A stretch of DNA of 64,000 nt from positions 33,982,224-34,046,223 of the forward strand of contig NC_090405.1 of the NCBI RefSeq assembly GCF_036365525.1, given 5' to 3'. The DNA comes from Heterodontus francisci. Lineage: Eukaryota. This document shows positions 37,960-51,856 of this stretch, one piece after another. Each line of letters opens with the position of its first letter. The stretch's first letter is position 1. The position numbers were made by a program, and so were the translations under genes. The notes below the pieces were generated by a model. The model did not search any database, was not told the DNA's origin, and worked only from the letters and a program-made list of their open reading frames with translations.

Positions 37960-38745
37960 TCAAAAGAAAGACTTGCAATTATGTCGTGCCTTTTACAGCC
38001 ACGGGACATCCCAAATAGCTTTACAGCCAAATAAAGGCTTTTAAAGTAGTAATGGTAACATAGGAAATGCAGCCAATATTGTGCGCAGCAAAGTCCCACA
38101 AACAGCAATGAGATAATGGCCAGATAGACTATTTTAGTAATGTTAGTTGAGGGATAAATATTGGCCACACTGGGGAGCAGTTGTTTTAATTGTTTTGTTT
38201 TAGAGATACAGCACTGAAACAGGCCCTTCGGCCCACCGAGTCTGTGCCGACCATCAACCACCCATTTATACTAATCCCATAATCCTACCGCATCCCCACC
38301 TGTCCCTATATTTCCCTACCACCCACCTTTACTAGGGGCAATTTATAATGGCCAATTTACATACCATCCTGCAAGTCTTTTGGCTGTGGGAGGAAACCGG
38401 AGCACCCGGAGAAAACCCACGCAGACACAGGGAGAACTTGCAAACTCCACACAGGCAGTACCCAGAATTGAACCCGGGTCGCTGGAGCTGTGAGGCTGCG
38501 GTGCTAACCAATGCGCCACTGTGCCGCCCTGCTGCTTTTGAAATAGTGTGATAGGATCTTTTTACATTCACCTGAGGACAGAATGCCTGGTTTTTAATGT
38601 CACATCTGAATGATGGCATCCTTGACAGTGCAGGATTGCCCTGAAGCCTCAGCCTAGATTTTTGTGCTTAAGTCTTTGGAGAGGGACTGAACCCACATCT
38701 TCTGACTCGAAGACAAAAGTGCTACCCGCTGAGATACAGCTGCTT
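37960..38745 (-). mobile_element. Deu-domain SINE interrupted by an HE1 SINE
   Basis: SINE halves at about 37960-38185 and 38530-38745 flank the HE1 copy. Confidence 0.7.
38197..38529 (-). mobile_element. HE1-type V-SINE
   Basis: Near-identical to 30751-31068. Confidence 0.9.
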
Positions 38746-38982
38746 CACTTAATGGAAATAATAAGTCTTGAGCTCGCTTAAACTGATGGAAACTAGTAGA
38801 GTATTAGATAATGCTAAACGTCAGTTCACTTTTTACAGGGATTATCAACTCGTTGGCAATAACTGTGCTTGTGATTTTCTAGTGTTCGTGTATGCAGTTG
38901 CTGGGCGGTCGCGAGCTTGCATGCAATTGCTGGGCTCCTCTACTTTCTATATGTTACCTTGTATTTATTTTCTCTGTTTCAG

Positions 38983-39067
38983 TGATCTTTGTGCTGGGTT
39001 GATTGGAGGACTGGGAGTTACACCAAGTGGGAACATTGGAGAAAATGGAGTCGCAATCTTTGAGTCT
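38983..39067 (+). CDS. IDH3A: IDH3A exon 9
   Basis: [28 protein letters not shown]; 85 nt. Confidence 0.97.
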
Positions 39068-39599
39068 GTAAGATGACAGCAAAACTGAAATGATTTTGAA
39101 AAGTATTTTTCACAATGAATTAATGAAATATGCTCAATACTGTAAATCTCACAGGGAATTCTGTACTTAGAGGGCTCGACAAGGCCTGTTTTCCTTTCTC
39201 TCTTCCCTGCTGTCCAGCTTTGGCCCTACTCGGGTGGATCACCCCCAGATCTAGCCTTAATTTCCAGGTTTGGGCCATTGTAATTGGGCCAGTGATTTCC
39301 CCCAGCATGTACATTCTGTGACTGGGGCTGGCACCTGGATACAGGGATGGGAATCCTATTGCTGCTACAGGCCTGAGGGACTCCAGGACCTCCTGGCTCC
39401 TGTCCACAAACCACAGCCAAACAGCCTCAGCACTGATAACTGCTGGTTTAGGGGCAGGGTTTAGAATTGGAGGCCATCCTTCCCTTTTATAGTCTCCCTG
39501 CCCTTACTCCTGGCCCCACTCAGTTCCTCCATCTCTCATCAGCTGGAAGCAACAACTGAGGCCCACTAAATGTGGGCGATCGTGAGCAAGATGAGCTCA

Positions 39600-40600
39600 G
39601 TGAAGGCATGAGGAGAGAAACAAGGGAACAATGTGAGTTCAAGGCTATGGCGGGGGGTGGGGGGGAAGCTTTAGAGGAACTTTGAACCAGTTGACTAGGG
39701 GAAGGAAGGGAAGTGGCAGAGGCAGCTGTTGGGTGGTCTCAATCTTAGTGACAGAAGTCAGTGGAGGTGAAGGAAACAAGGGAGAGGGCTTTAAGAAGAT
39801 GGTTTGCAGTAGAAAAAGGAAACCGCAGCTTGCATTCATTAGCGCTTTATGTGGTCCAGCTAGATCTGGCGGTGGATTGCTAAACCAGTTGTCCACCATA
39901 TCCTTTTGAAGTCTGTGTCCCTTGGACATAAAGGAGTGCAGATGAGGACCGTACCAGGGGGAATGGCTAGGGTGAGAGAGAGTAATAGTTTTACTGGGGA
40001 CTAGGGCATAAAAGGTGAAGGTGAGGCTGAGCAAATCAGTAGCTGCAGAAATGTTGTGGCAAACAGAAGATCAGAGGCTAGTGAATTGGGATTTTGAAAT
40101 TGCAGTTGTAATTGGGAAAGAGTTTTGTTCCAGGATCAGATAACAGAAGGAGGTAGGTTTGGAGGGGGAAGGGGTATTTGGGTGGAGAGAGATGCAGGGA
40201 AGTGATTAGAGATGGCCTTATCTGTGATTGATAACGATGGGTGTAGTGAGGCCATATGAGATGACAAGGTCAAGTGGGTGGTCATGATTATGACTTAGTG
40301 AGTTTACATGTAGAGGGAGATTAAGGAAGGATAGGAGGGCAATGAAATCTGGAGCGAGAGCATGAAGAGTTGAGATGGAGGTTGAAATCACTGAGGATGA
40401 GAAGTCATTCAGTTTAGAAGCTGAGGGAGGAAAACAGTGAAGATATCTGAGAAAATTTGCAAGGCACTTGGGTGGACATTAGGGAATGAAGATTTTAAAT
40501 GAGAGGTGAGAAGGTGGAACAAGGTGATCAAAGGAGGAAAAGTTACCAGAGGAGTAAGGACACAAAGCAAGGTGTGATCTGGTGATACTGCTACCGTGAC
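39600..40600 (-). mobile_element. Old L2-like LINE (endonuclease region)
   Basis: Degenerate ILSDFN-like and DLVIS APE motifs; SPWYGPHL. Confidence 0.55.
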
Positions 40601-41039
40601 GTTCTGGGTGAGACGTAGAGTGTTGGCAGGTAAATGGAGTTGAGGTACAGATCAATCATGATCTAACAGAATGGAGAAGCAGGCACAGGGGGCTGAATGG
40701 CCTGCACCTTTTCCCATGTGTACTGCTCAGTAGGAATTACTGGTTAAATATTGGTTCAGGAGTCCTGACCTGCCGAGACCAATCATTGATCAGCTAACTC
40801 CGTGCAGGCCAGGAATTGAACCTTTGACCTTCTGGGATATATAGCTTGCTATACCAGGCACTGCCTGTGCCCGCCATCGGGAGAGCTATGCTCAGCCTCA
40901 CTGTGGATATATTCAGTGTGACTAGACAAGTTTCCTCCAGTTTGTAAAGAATGAGAGAAGTTTGTGTAAATACATGAATCTACTGCACCAGAATTGTATG
41001 TAGCTTGCTGATTGCCCTGTGCTCTTTTCCCCTGCTCAG

Positions 41040-41192
41040 GTTCATGGTACAGCACCAGACATTGCTGGGATGGACTTGGCAAATCCCACAGCCCTCCTGT
41101 TAAGTGCTGTAATGATGTTGCAACACATGGAACTCCATGGTCATGCTAAAAGAATAGAGACTGCCTGCTTTGAAACAATTAAGGATGGAAAG
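41040..41192 (+). CDS. IDH3A: IDH3A exon 10
   Basis: [30 protein letters not shown]...[13 protein letters not shown]; 153 nt. Confidence 0.97.
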
Positions 41193-41329
41193 GTAGACAC
41201 TGTAATATTTTGGAAATAAATCAGGATTTCAGGAGTTCCTGATGCTTTTTCGACAGCTGAGCACCTTGAAAACTTGATTTACGTCCCATTTCACAACCCA
41301 TTTTCACTCCACTAGGTTCTCAAATCTGA

Positions 41330-41700
41330 CAGCCACACTTGAGTTTTGCACTTGAGTGGTTGCCTTCAGTGCAGTACTGAGGGAGCGCTGTATTGTCTGA
41401 GATGCCGTCTTTCAGATGAGGCGTTAAACTGAGGCCCTGTCTGAATATAAAAGTTCCATGGCACTATTTAAAAGAGGAGCAGGGGAGTTTTCCCCCAGTG
41501 TCGTGGCCAAGATTTATTCCATCAATCAACATGACTAAAAACAGATCACATTGCTGTTTGTGGGAGCTTTCTGTGTGCAAATTGGCTGCTGCTTTTCCTA
41601 CATTACAACAGTGACTACACTTCAAAAGTACTTTGTTGACTGCAAAGCGCTTTAGGACATCCTGAGGTTGTGAAAAGTTCTATACAAGTGCAAGTCTTTT
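41330..41700 (+). mobile_element. Deu-domain SINE
   Basis: gtgcagtactgagggagcgctgtattgtctgagatgccgtctttcagatgag core plus tail. Confidence 0.75.
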
Positions 41701-42439
41701 TCCAGAAGCTGTAACAGAGAATCATAGAATTGAATCATAAAATGATCCAGCATTGAAGGAGGCCATTCCGCCTGTGCTAGCTCTTTGAAAGAGCAATCCA
41801 ATTAGTCCCAGTCCCCTGCTGTTTCCCCAAAGCCCAGCAAAATTTTCCCCTTCAGGTATTTATCCAACTCTCATTTGAAAGTTATTATTGAAGTTGCTTC
41901 TGTCACCTTTGCAGGCAGTGCATTCCAGATCATCAGAACTCTGTCTAAATATATTTTTCTCATGCCACTTCTGATTTCTTCTTTTAATCACCTGAAATCT
42001 ATACCCTCTGGTTACTGACTGTCCTGCCACTGGAAACATTACAAGAAAAATCTTTAGTTGTACTAGTAAATGATTCTGGCTGGATCTTAAAGGTTCTTCA
42101 GCAGCTTAGATTTGCCAGTGATGGGGATGAGTATCTCTGCTAACTGTGTAGGGCTTCTAGGTGAGATATGTTGGTCAGTCTTGCCTCTAAGTTCTGATGA
42201 CACAGGCCCACACCTTGTTTGAAATTGATATTGTGTGGAGCTGAGATGCCACAAGGTCGACTTGGGTGAAAAGTGCTAAAGATCGTAGGAGGGTCTTATT
42301 TGAGATGAAAAGAATGTTGCTGTATGGAGTAGAAGAAGCTTTGCTCTGTATCTGGCTACGGCATTTCTGACTAAGAGTGTTTGAGACCGACCCTTAGTTC
42401 TGAACTCCCCAGCCAGGGAAAACCACCACCAAGCCCCAA

Positions 42440-42806
42440 TTAAGGGGTTTGATCAGGTAGATGGTGGGGTGTTGTTCCCTCCCTCCCTACCCCCCTCCTG
42501 GGCTGGAGAGTCTAGAACTAGGGGGTCACATTCTCAGAATAAGGGGATGACCATTTAGGACTGAAATGAGACATTTTTTTTCACTCAAAGGGTTGTAGAT
42601 CTTTGGAATGCTCTATTCCAGAGGGCTGTGGATGCTCAGTTGTTGAGTATATTCAAGACAGAGATCGATAGATTTTGGCTATTAAGGGATATGGGTAGTG
42701 CGAGAAGGTGGAGATGAGGTAAAAGATCAGCCCCGATCTTAATGAATGGCAGAGCAGGCTTGAAGGGCTGAATGGCCTACCCCGCTCCTATTTCTTATGT
42801 TCTTAC
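42440..42806 (+). mobile_element. CR1 LINE 3' tail
   Basis: Ends gaatggcctaccccgctcctatttcttatgttctta. Confidence 0.8.
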
Positions 42807-44659
42807 AACCCTCAAATGCTTTCTATTTCCAACTACAGACTTGACCTGATACTTTTTCTGCTTTTCTCAAATATATCTTTAGCTTGAAAATTCAAGCCTT
42901 GTTGGGTTGCTTACACTCATTTGGGTGGATATTATAGAGTCATAATATTGTGCCCCTCTATTTTTATAGTTTCCCTCCACCCAACCAACTCAAATACTTT
43001 ATCCCATCCCTCCCATTTTATACTAAGGTACATTGGGGAGCAGTTCCGTGAGGACTGGTAACCCTTTGTAATCTCACCTCCAGGCCATTCTTTACATGTC
43101 AACCTAGAGGCAGAAGGTCATCGGGCTATTCCAACTTCACTTGCATTATAGCTGAGCGTTATTCCTGTTCTCCATCAGCCTAAGGCCAGTGGTGCTGAGA
43201 CCACCTGTAGCACTCTTGTCCTGGCTGAGAGCTGAGAGAGAGGCCACTGTGCATTTTACTTTTATATCCACTTCGGTTCGGAATGAAAGCAGGGCTATAA
43301 TTGACTGATGTTCCATGTGTTAGAATGTTGGAAAGTGAAGAAATATGTGACATGGTTGCAGTTTATTTTTACTCGAGTTTAAGTAGGCTGCTTTGTATTT
43401 GGTTTAGTTGATGTGGGGTGTATCACACACTGAGTGAAGAGGGATGAAAGGCAGGGGATAATTGGACTAAGATGCACAGTTGTAATTTTAAAATTGTACA
43501 TTCTGTCCTTTTAAGTTGGTAAGAATAGGTAAATAGTAAAACTCAGGATGGTTTGAAAGGCAAGGCAGAAGAATTGGAGCATAGAAATTTCTCTGCAGGG
43601 CAGACCAGGGCACTGAGACACATGAGTGCTGTAGCAACCCTTACAGCAGGAGCTGTAATTACAGTGTAACCCATTATGTGGGCCGTTTCCAGATAGGCAC
43701 AATGGGATCTATAATGTAATGCTTACAGACTTGAAATTTATATATCTGAAATGATTGTAGGAAGTGTCGAGGGACTTGTTTAGGTTTTCTTACTATGTCA
43801 TAGTGAGGTATCTGTGGTGACGGACGCAGAATGTTCTACATTTGGCTCAAATTCCATGCAGGGTGTTTCTCAGGCAGTTTCCATCCATCCCTATTGCCCA
43901 CAGCAGAATTTGTCTTCCCTTCCAAAAATAAAGTAGCAATCAGAAAAGAAGTGTTCTATTTATCCAGCATAACCCTGTTTTTCCTATACGATATGCCATT
44001 TAATAAAGATAACCTCTTCAGAAGCCCGAAACTTCAGATTTCTCTGAAACCCTCAGTTTACTGTTCAACCACCTGCAATGCTGCCTTGTTCCATGCGTTG
44101 GTCATAAAAAGAAACTTGTCCTAATGGCCCAATGTTAGTTTACCTCGCCTTGTCCTGGCTGTAGAATTTTATATCTGGTGGAAAAGCTCATCAAAGCTTA
44201 TTCAACTTATCAAACCTCTCCATGATGAGCTTCTGTCAAATCTCCTTTGTTATGGCTTTTCAAGAGAAAAGAGAAAATTCCCAGGGTGTACTACTCTTTA
44301 CAGCACTGTTGTCTGGGTTCTGGAGTTGATCTGTAAAGGATAATTGGTGTAAGAAAGTCCCACACTGCAATAGGGGATGTTCTGCAGAAGTTGGATCCAA
44401 AACATTGCTGGAACAGAATAGAGGGGGCTTCACTTTATCCTTACAATGGGTGTACATTCCTTTTCTCAGCTCCAGTTCCTCATAGAGCATGATTCACCAG
44501 CAATATAATTATATTGCAGTCTTACAGAATTGCACCGATTACCCTTTGTAGATACTGATGAGAATATCATTACTTTTAAGCATCTGTTCCGAATATTGTG
44601 AAGTCATCCTACTGCATTTCTCTGATTGGCCAAGAGGAAATCTATGTATGTTTCATCAC

Positions 44660-45450
44660 TGTAAACTGATTACCCAGCTTCCCGTCCTGGCCCCCTTGTT
44701 AGCTGTTATTGTAAATGGTTCTCTCTTTTCAATACTGTCTCTCTTCCTTTCAAATCTGCTCTCATCACCTTTGCCTCAAAAAGACTCACTTTGACCCCTC
44801 TGTCCTTGCAAATTAATACCTCATCTTCACCCTCCCTTGCCTCTACAAAATTGTTAAATGTGTTGTTCTCTGTTCAGCTTTACTGCACTCTCATGTTTGA
44901 ACCTCATCAATCTGGGTTCCACTCCTGCTATAGCCCTGGAATGTCCTTATCAAAATCACCAATGACATCCTCTGTGACTACGACCATGGAAACTATTCTC
45001 ATCCTCCTTGACCTGTCGGTAGCTGTTGACATGGTTGACTATATCCTGATATTCCAATGCCTCTCTTCCATTGTCCAACTGAGTATGACTGGCCTTGCCT
45101 GATTCCTCTCTTAGCTATCTAGTTGTGGTCTAAGGGTCTCCTGCACTGTCCCCTGAAGTCCTCCAGTGATCTACCATTGCCCCCTCCGATTTCTCATCTA
45201 GATGCTACGCCCCACACCCCTGGCAACATCATCCCAAGCACAGCTCCAGGTTCTACATGTATACTGACAAAACCCACTTCTACCGCCTCTGTCAGATTAC
45301 TGGACATCTGACTTCAAATCTTCCAGTTAACCACTGGGGAGACCAAAACCATTGTCTTCAGTCCCTATCACAAATGCTGTTCCCAAGTCACCATTGTCTC
45401 GAGCTGAACCAGACTGTTTGCAATCTCTACAACCTGTTTGACCCCGAGTT
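44660..45450 (+). mobile_element. Old L2-like LINE RT fragment
   Basis: FEPHQSGFHSCYS and ILLDLSVAVDMVD. Confidence 0.7.
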
Positions 45451-45813
45451 CTGTGAAACACCTTGGAACATCTTGCTATGTTAAAGGCATTATATACAAT
45501 ACAATTTGTTTTCCACATTAAAGCCTGCAGGATTTTAGCTTTGGTTGATTTGACCAAAACCCCTCTTAGTTGGAGGTTGTGGTTGACCATGGTGACTACC
45601 ACAGTATTTCATAAATTTGTCTGGCATCAACTGATGTCCTTATCAAATCTAATTTGTCAGATTTCCCATTGAAAGTAAAATCTGGTTATTCTACAAGTTT
45701 AATGTCATGGTAGGATGGCAGATATTGTACATTACTGGCAACATCAGGTCCCAACGATCTTTCCCATTTAATTCATTCATTCTGATAACTAAACCAAATT
45801 TATCTTTTTACAG

Positions 45814-45897
45814 GTGCTTACCAAAGATCTCGGAGGCAATTTTAAGTGCTCCGAGTTTACCAATGAAATCTGCCGAAGAGTGAGGGATCAAGATTGA
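45814..45897 (+). CDS. IDH3A: IDH3A exon 11 (terminal)
   Basis: [27 protein letters not shown]; the spliced CDS totals 1098 nt (365 aa plus stop). Confidence 0.96.
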   Translation: MLTKDLGGNFKCSEFTNEICRRVRDQD

Positions 45898-46277
45898 GTC
45901 ACCATCCTGTTTGCTATCTGACCTGTAGCTCACGGGTTTTCTTGCAAGACCAACTCCAGCATACAGAATCGATCCATAACTCCTGTGTAAAACAACTGCT
46001 GTAAATTGTCATTGAAATGTCCTGCTATTTTGCATCATAACATTTGGTTGAAATCTATAATGTGCTGTCTTTAGTGGCATTCCAATTTGTTTTCTATTTA
46101 TTGGTATTGAGTATTTTTGTCCAGACCGACAGAGTATTGTCTTTTTTTATTGAAAGCTGCTAGTATGATTGGGCATGAGATTTCATTGTTCACTGCCATT
46201 CCATTTAATTAAAACTGATTTCAAAATAGCTTCTTCCATTTTGCTAGCTCCTTGAAAGGCTGTTTAAATGTCTTTAA

Positions 46278-46695
46278 AATAAAGATCTAAAGCTACTTCT
46301 ATTCTGCTGTTGGAAGATGGGAGTTTCATTGCAAATGGAGCTTCTGCAATCTTTTGTGCTAGTTTAAGAAAACATTGCACTGGAAGCTGGTCCCACCCAC
46401 AAGTGGCGACACCTCACCATGGTGAGTTTCTGCTAATTGCGCTTGCTGTGCACCTTTTGAGCAGATTCTTCTAATTAAGCTATTTTTTTTAGTTGCAAAG
46501 GCACATTTAAAAAGCTTTTAAATATTTTTTAATTTACTAAGAAACTGACTACTGTATGCCAGTGAAACTAGTCTGAAGTGTTCTGTATAGCTTTGAGTCA
46601 TTATTTAAAATCGAGTTACTCAGCGTGGTGGGCTGAACACTGATTAAAAATGTTTATTTTTTGTGATGAACACCATTTTCAGCTGTATTAATAAA
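46278..46695 (+). terminator. IDH3A: IDH3A candidate poly(A) signals
   Basis: AATAAA at 46278-46283 and 46690-46695 in a repeat-free AT-rich 3' UTR. Confidence 0.5.
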
Positions 46696-47409
46696 GCTGC
46701 ATACACCAAGTTACCACTCTTAAATCTATCAAGGAATATTTTTAATGAATTTTAAGAAATTATTATGGTCTGAAACTGCCTGATTTTACTGGGTTTGTGG
46801 TAGATCTTACATTTGGTGATATGCAGATGAGTTTGAGCAGAAACCTGAGCAAAAAGAATTCACTTTGCAAAATTATCATAATTGGAATGTACTGCCTGAG
46901 AGTATGGTGGAGGCAGGTTCAACTGAAGCATTCGAAAGTGAATTAGATTTGTCGGAAAAGGAATAATGTTCAGGCTGTCGGGGAGAAGGCAGAGGAGTGG
47001 CATTCAATGAATTTGGTGCAGATGTGATGGCCGAATGGCCTCCTCTGCTGTAACAATTCTGTGATTTTGTGCCAGGATTGCCAATTGCACCCAAAGTGGA
47101 AACTCGACCAATAGTGCTTAACTTGAGTTTCAAATATCTGAAGTGCAATCATGGCAATGTTAGCAAAGTTTGTGTGGTTCCAGTCCCTGAGGAAAAATTA
47201 GGAAATCAGCTTGGGCATCTCAAACTAAAAGTTGTTTGGGAACTTTTTTTTCTCTCTCCCATAGATGGGCAATGCAGTATTGGAGAAATCGGCTGAGAGA
47301 CTAACATTCACTGTAAGTGCACTGACTCCCACAACTATTTTGACTACACTTCCTCACGCCCCTCTCCCTGTAAGTACTATTCCATTCTCTGTTTCTCCAC
47401 TGTTCAGAT

Positions 47410-49140
47410 GATGCATAAGGGAGAATACAGAGAGATTCGGAGAGAAGTGAAAAAAAACTAGGAAGGCAACAAGGAGCTATGAAATTAAATGATCAAAAAA
47501 CATAAAATTGTCAAATATTTTACAGGCGCACAATTTTTTTTTTAAAAAGGAAGGCTGAGATGGGAATAGGGCCATTAAGGATAGACAGGATAATAACACA
47601 GGGAATGACAGATGGCAGAAATGTTGGATAATTATTTTGCTTCAGTATTTACCATAGAATGATGAGTTAAGAGAAAAATGCAGATAAAGTAAAAAGGGGA
47701 TGTATTAAACTAATACTTTAGGATAAAACCCTCGGTCTGGATGGATTGCACCCATGCATTTTAAAAGAATTTAGGGAGGGGATAGCAGAGGCATTACTAC
47801 TCTAATTAATTAGAAAAAGGTGTAGTGCCTGAGGACTAATACCTATATTTAAGAAGGGGGTAGAACATGTCCAGGGAATTATAGACCAGTCAGCTTTCAT
47901 TGATAATAGAAAACTAATGAAATCCCTCTAATGGACAGAATAGAAGAACATTTAGAAAAGAAAAATAGTTGGTATAGATTTCAAAAGGGAAAATCTTGCT
48001 TGCCCCATCTTATTGAATTTTTTCAGAAGGTAACCAGTAATTTATCTGGAAATTCAAAAGACGTTTGATAAGGTACCCCATAATAGATTAATGAATGAGG
48101 TCAGAGAATGCAGAGTCAGAATGAATTGCTAGCTGGCTTCAAGACAGCAGAGAGTGGGAGTAAAGGGTAGTGGAGAGTGGGTTGTGATGTTCCACAAGGA
48201 TCAGTGCTGGGACAACTGCTGTCCACAATTTACATTAACAATTTGTACTTTGGAATCAAAAGCACAATTTCTAATTTTGTGGATGGTGCCAAAATGGGCT
48301 AGTCCACATTGAGGAGGACTGCAACAAATTACAGGAGGACATTAATAAACTTGCAGAATGGGCAAATAATTTGCAAATGAAGTTCAACACATAAATGTGA
48401 GGGGAGTGCATTTTGCTAGGATGAATAGAGAGGTCATCTACTGGAAGGTACGGGTTGAGGTGGGGTAGTGGAACAACGGGGTCTCGGAGTACATATATAT
48501 TAATCACTAAAAGTTGCGCCACAGGTTAGGAAGGACATTTTTTAAAAAAAGCAAACTAAGCTTTATTTCTAGAGAGACAGAATTGAATAGTAGGGAAGTT
48601 ATAGTAAACCTGTATGGAACCTTGGTTAAAGAGTACTACGTGCAATTCTGGTTGCCATTTTGTAAAAAGGATAGAGAGACTGCAGAGAAGATTTACAAGG
48701 ATGATACCAGAAATGCGAGGGTATACATATGAGGAAAGGATTAAAAAGCTGAGTCTCTTTTAACTTTTCTTGAAAAAAGGCTGATGGGTCACCTAATTGA
48801 GGTATTTAAAATTATGAACGGTTTTGATAGAGTGGATACAGAGAGAATGTTTCCACTTGTGGGAAAGAGCATAACTAGAGGCTATCGAAAAATCCAATAG
48901 GGAATTCAGAAGAAACTTCTTTACCCAAAGTGCAGTGAGAATGTGGAACTTGCTGCCACTAGGAGTGTTTAGATGCGTTTAAGGGGAAGCTAGACAAGTA
49001 TATGAGGGAAAAGGGAGTAGAGGGTTACACAGATTTATATGAGGAAAGATGGGAGAAGGCTCAAGTGAAGCATAAATGCTGGCAAGGACTGGTTGGGCAG
49101 AATGGCCTGTTCCTGTGCTGTATATCCTATGTAAGTCTAT
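47410..49140 (+). mobile_element. CR1 LINE ORF2 3' portion, degraded
   Basis: PGNYRPVS, VPQGSVLG, FVDGAK (FADDTK-like), EYYVQFW, CR1 tail. Confidence 0.85.
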
Positions 49141-49144
49141 GTAA

Positions 49145-50330
49145 CCTTCCATACTAGCGCTTTCGATATGTCGTCCTCTTTCCTCAACTGAGGATTCTCC
49201 CCCACTGTGGTTGACAGCCCTCGATAGTGTACATTCTATTTCACCCATTTCTGCTGTCACCCACCTGTCTTCTTAGAACTATAATAGGGTTCCCCTTGAC
49301 CTCACCTTCCACCCCACCAGCCTTTGTATTCAACAGGTCATCCTCCACCACTTCTAACGTGATGCCGCGACCTATTGCATCTTCCCCTCGCCTCCCCTTG
49401 CAGCATTCCGAAGGAAGTGGTCCGCTCCTCAGTCATCCCCCCCCCTCCCCCACCAAACCCCCTCCCCTTACTACAGCACCTTTCCATGCAAGCGCAGGAG
49501 ATGCAACACCTGCCCTCTCACCTCCTCCCTTCTCACCATCCCAAGGCCCCAACACTCCTTCCAGGCAAAACAGTGATTTACTTGAACTTCTTTCAGCTTA
49601 GTGTACTGCATTCACTGCCCATGTTGTGATCTACTCTACATTGGGAAGACCAACTGCAGACTGGGTGATTGCTTTGCAGCACACCTCCATTCAGTCTGGA
49701 AGCGTGACCTCGAGCTTCCAGTCTCCTGTCATTTTAATTCTCCAGCTTGCTCCACTCTGACCTTTCTGCTCCCGACTTCCTGCAATGTTCCAATGAAGCT
49801 CAATGCAAGCTTGATGAACACCACATCATCTTTCAACTGGTCGCTTTACAGCCTTCTAGACTCAACACTGAGTTCAACAATTTTAGGTCATAACTCCCGC
49901 CCCCATTTTGTTTCCTACTTCTTTGCTGGCTTTGTTTTTTTTCTCTTTAGTTTTGCTTTCATTTCCTTTATTTTAGCTTTTGGATGGCAGCTATTTACGA
50001 TCCTGCCATTCACACCTACTCTAGACACATATTTTGTTTCTTTACTTTCCCCACCAGCACACCCTTTTGTCTTGCATCATCAGCCTTTTTATCACGTAGA
50101 TCATTCCTGTCCTCCACCCTATCACAGAACTTTTCTTTTGTTCTTTTTCCCATCCTCCCCCCTTTTACTTGCTCAAAACCTACTGCATTCCTAACTTTTC
50201 CCAGTTCGATGAAAGGTCACAGACCTGAAATGTTAACTCAGTTTCTCTCTCCACTAATGCTGCTAGACCTGCTCAATATTTCCAGTATTTTCTGTTTTAA
50301 TTTTAGATTTCCTGCAGTACTTTGCTTTTG
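49145..50330 (+). mobile_element. Penelope-like element (GIY-YIG endonuclease remnant plus terminal repeat)
   Basis: YCIHCPCCDLLYIGKTNCRLGDCFAAH; hammerhead-like motif near 50203-50240. Confidence 0.85.
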
Positions 50331-50458
50331 AGTTATCCCCAGTGTTCTGTACAATATTTGTCCCTCAAAAAGACAGATTATCTGGTCATTACCACATTGC
50401 TGTTTGTGGAAGCTTGCTGTGTGCAAATTGGCTGCCATGTTTCCTACATTCCAACAGT

Positions 50459-51060
50459 TTTTTAAAAATTCATTCATGGGATGTGGGCGTCGCTGGCCAG
50501 GCCAGCATTTGTTGCCCATTCCTTACTGCCCTTGAGAAGGTGGTGGTGAGCTGCCTTCTTGAACCACTGCAGACCATTTGGGGTAGGTGTACCCACAGTA
50601 CTGTTAGGAAGGGAGTTCCGGGATTTTGACCCAGCGACAGTGAAGGAACGGCGATATAGTTCCAAGTCAGGATGGTGTGTGACTTGGAGGGGTACTTGCA
50701 GGTGTTCCCATGTATTTGCTGCCCTTGTCCTTCTAGTTGGTAGAGGTCACGGGTTTGAAAGGTGCTGTCTAAGGAGCCTTGGTGCATTGCTGCAGTGCAT
50801 CTTGTAGATGGTACACACTGCTGCCACTGTGTGTCGGTGGTGGAGGGAGTGAATGTTTGTAGATGGGGTGCCAATCAAGCGGGCTGCTTTGTCCTGGATG
50901 GTGTCGAGCTTCTTGAGTGTTGTTGGAGCTGCACCCATCCAGGCAAGTGGAGAGTATTCCATCACATTCCTGACCTGTGCCTTGTAGATGGTGGACAGGC
51001 TTTGGGGAGTCAGGAGGTGAGTTACTCGCCTCAGGATTCCTGGCCTCTGACCTATGTGTG
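50459..51060 (-). mobile_element. CR1-group LINE 3' end, well preserved, nested in a Deu-SINE with aacagt TSD
   Basis: TIYKAQVRNVMEYSPLAWMGAAP; aacagt at 50453-50458 and 51061-51066; the SINE resumes afterwards. Confidence 0.85.
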
Positions 51061-51856
51061 AACAGTGACTATACTTCAAAAAGTACTTCATAGAGCCATA
51101 GACTCATTTATGGCACAGAAGGCCATTCGGCCCATCAAGTCCATGCCAGCTCTCTGTGGAGCTATCCAGTCAGTCCCATTCCCCCTACTCGATCCCCTTT
51201 TATTTCCTTCAAGCGCCCATCCTATTCCCTTTTGAAATCATTGATTGTTTCTGCTTCTACCATCCTCGTTGGTGTAAAGCACCTTGGGACATGCTGAGGT
51301 TGTGAAAGGTGCTGTATAAATGCAAGTTTTTTTTCTTTTAAACTTCAAGCTGGGTAACTAACTAATTAAAATCAAAAAGCTGTATTAACAAGCAAAAATA
51401 ATTCACTGTATGAAGTGCTTGGAGACCGAGACATAGAAGATGAAAAATAATTGCAACTGTTATCAACTAAGTGCATACAAAAAAAGACTCAGGGTGCATC
51501 TTTTGCCACCTCAGAACTTCCTAAAGTGCTTTGCAGCCAATGAAATAGTTTTATAAATGTAGTCACTGTTGTCAATATAGGAAACACAGCAACCAATTTG
51601 CGCACAGCAACCTCCCACACACAGCATTGTGAATCTGTTTACAGTAGTTACCTTGGCTTTGATTGGAGGCAATGTATCAAGTTCCATTGTTTGTCTTGGA
51701 CTCAGTTTCAACTTGGCCGGAATTACTGTCGTGACTATTTGCGCGTCGAGTTGAAAACCTCCCCGTCTTACCTTGAAGGAAGTAAAGTTCCCTTATTCAC
51801 AGTGCGACGGCTTCGTGTGCTTTGGAGTATGGGACCGGATTAAATTTGCCACCAAA

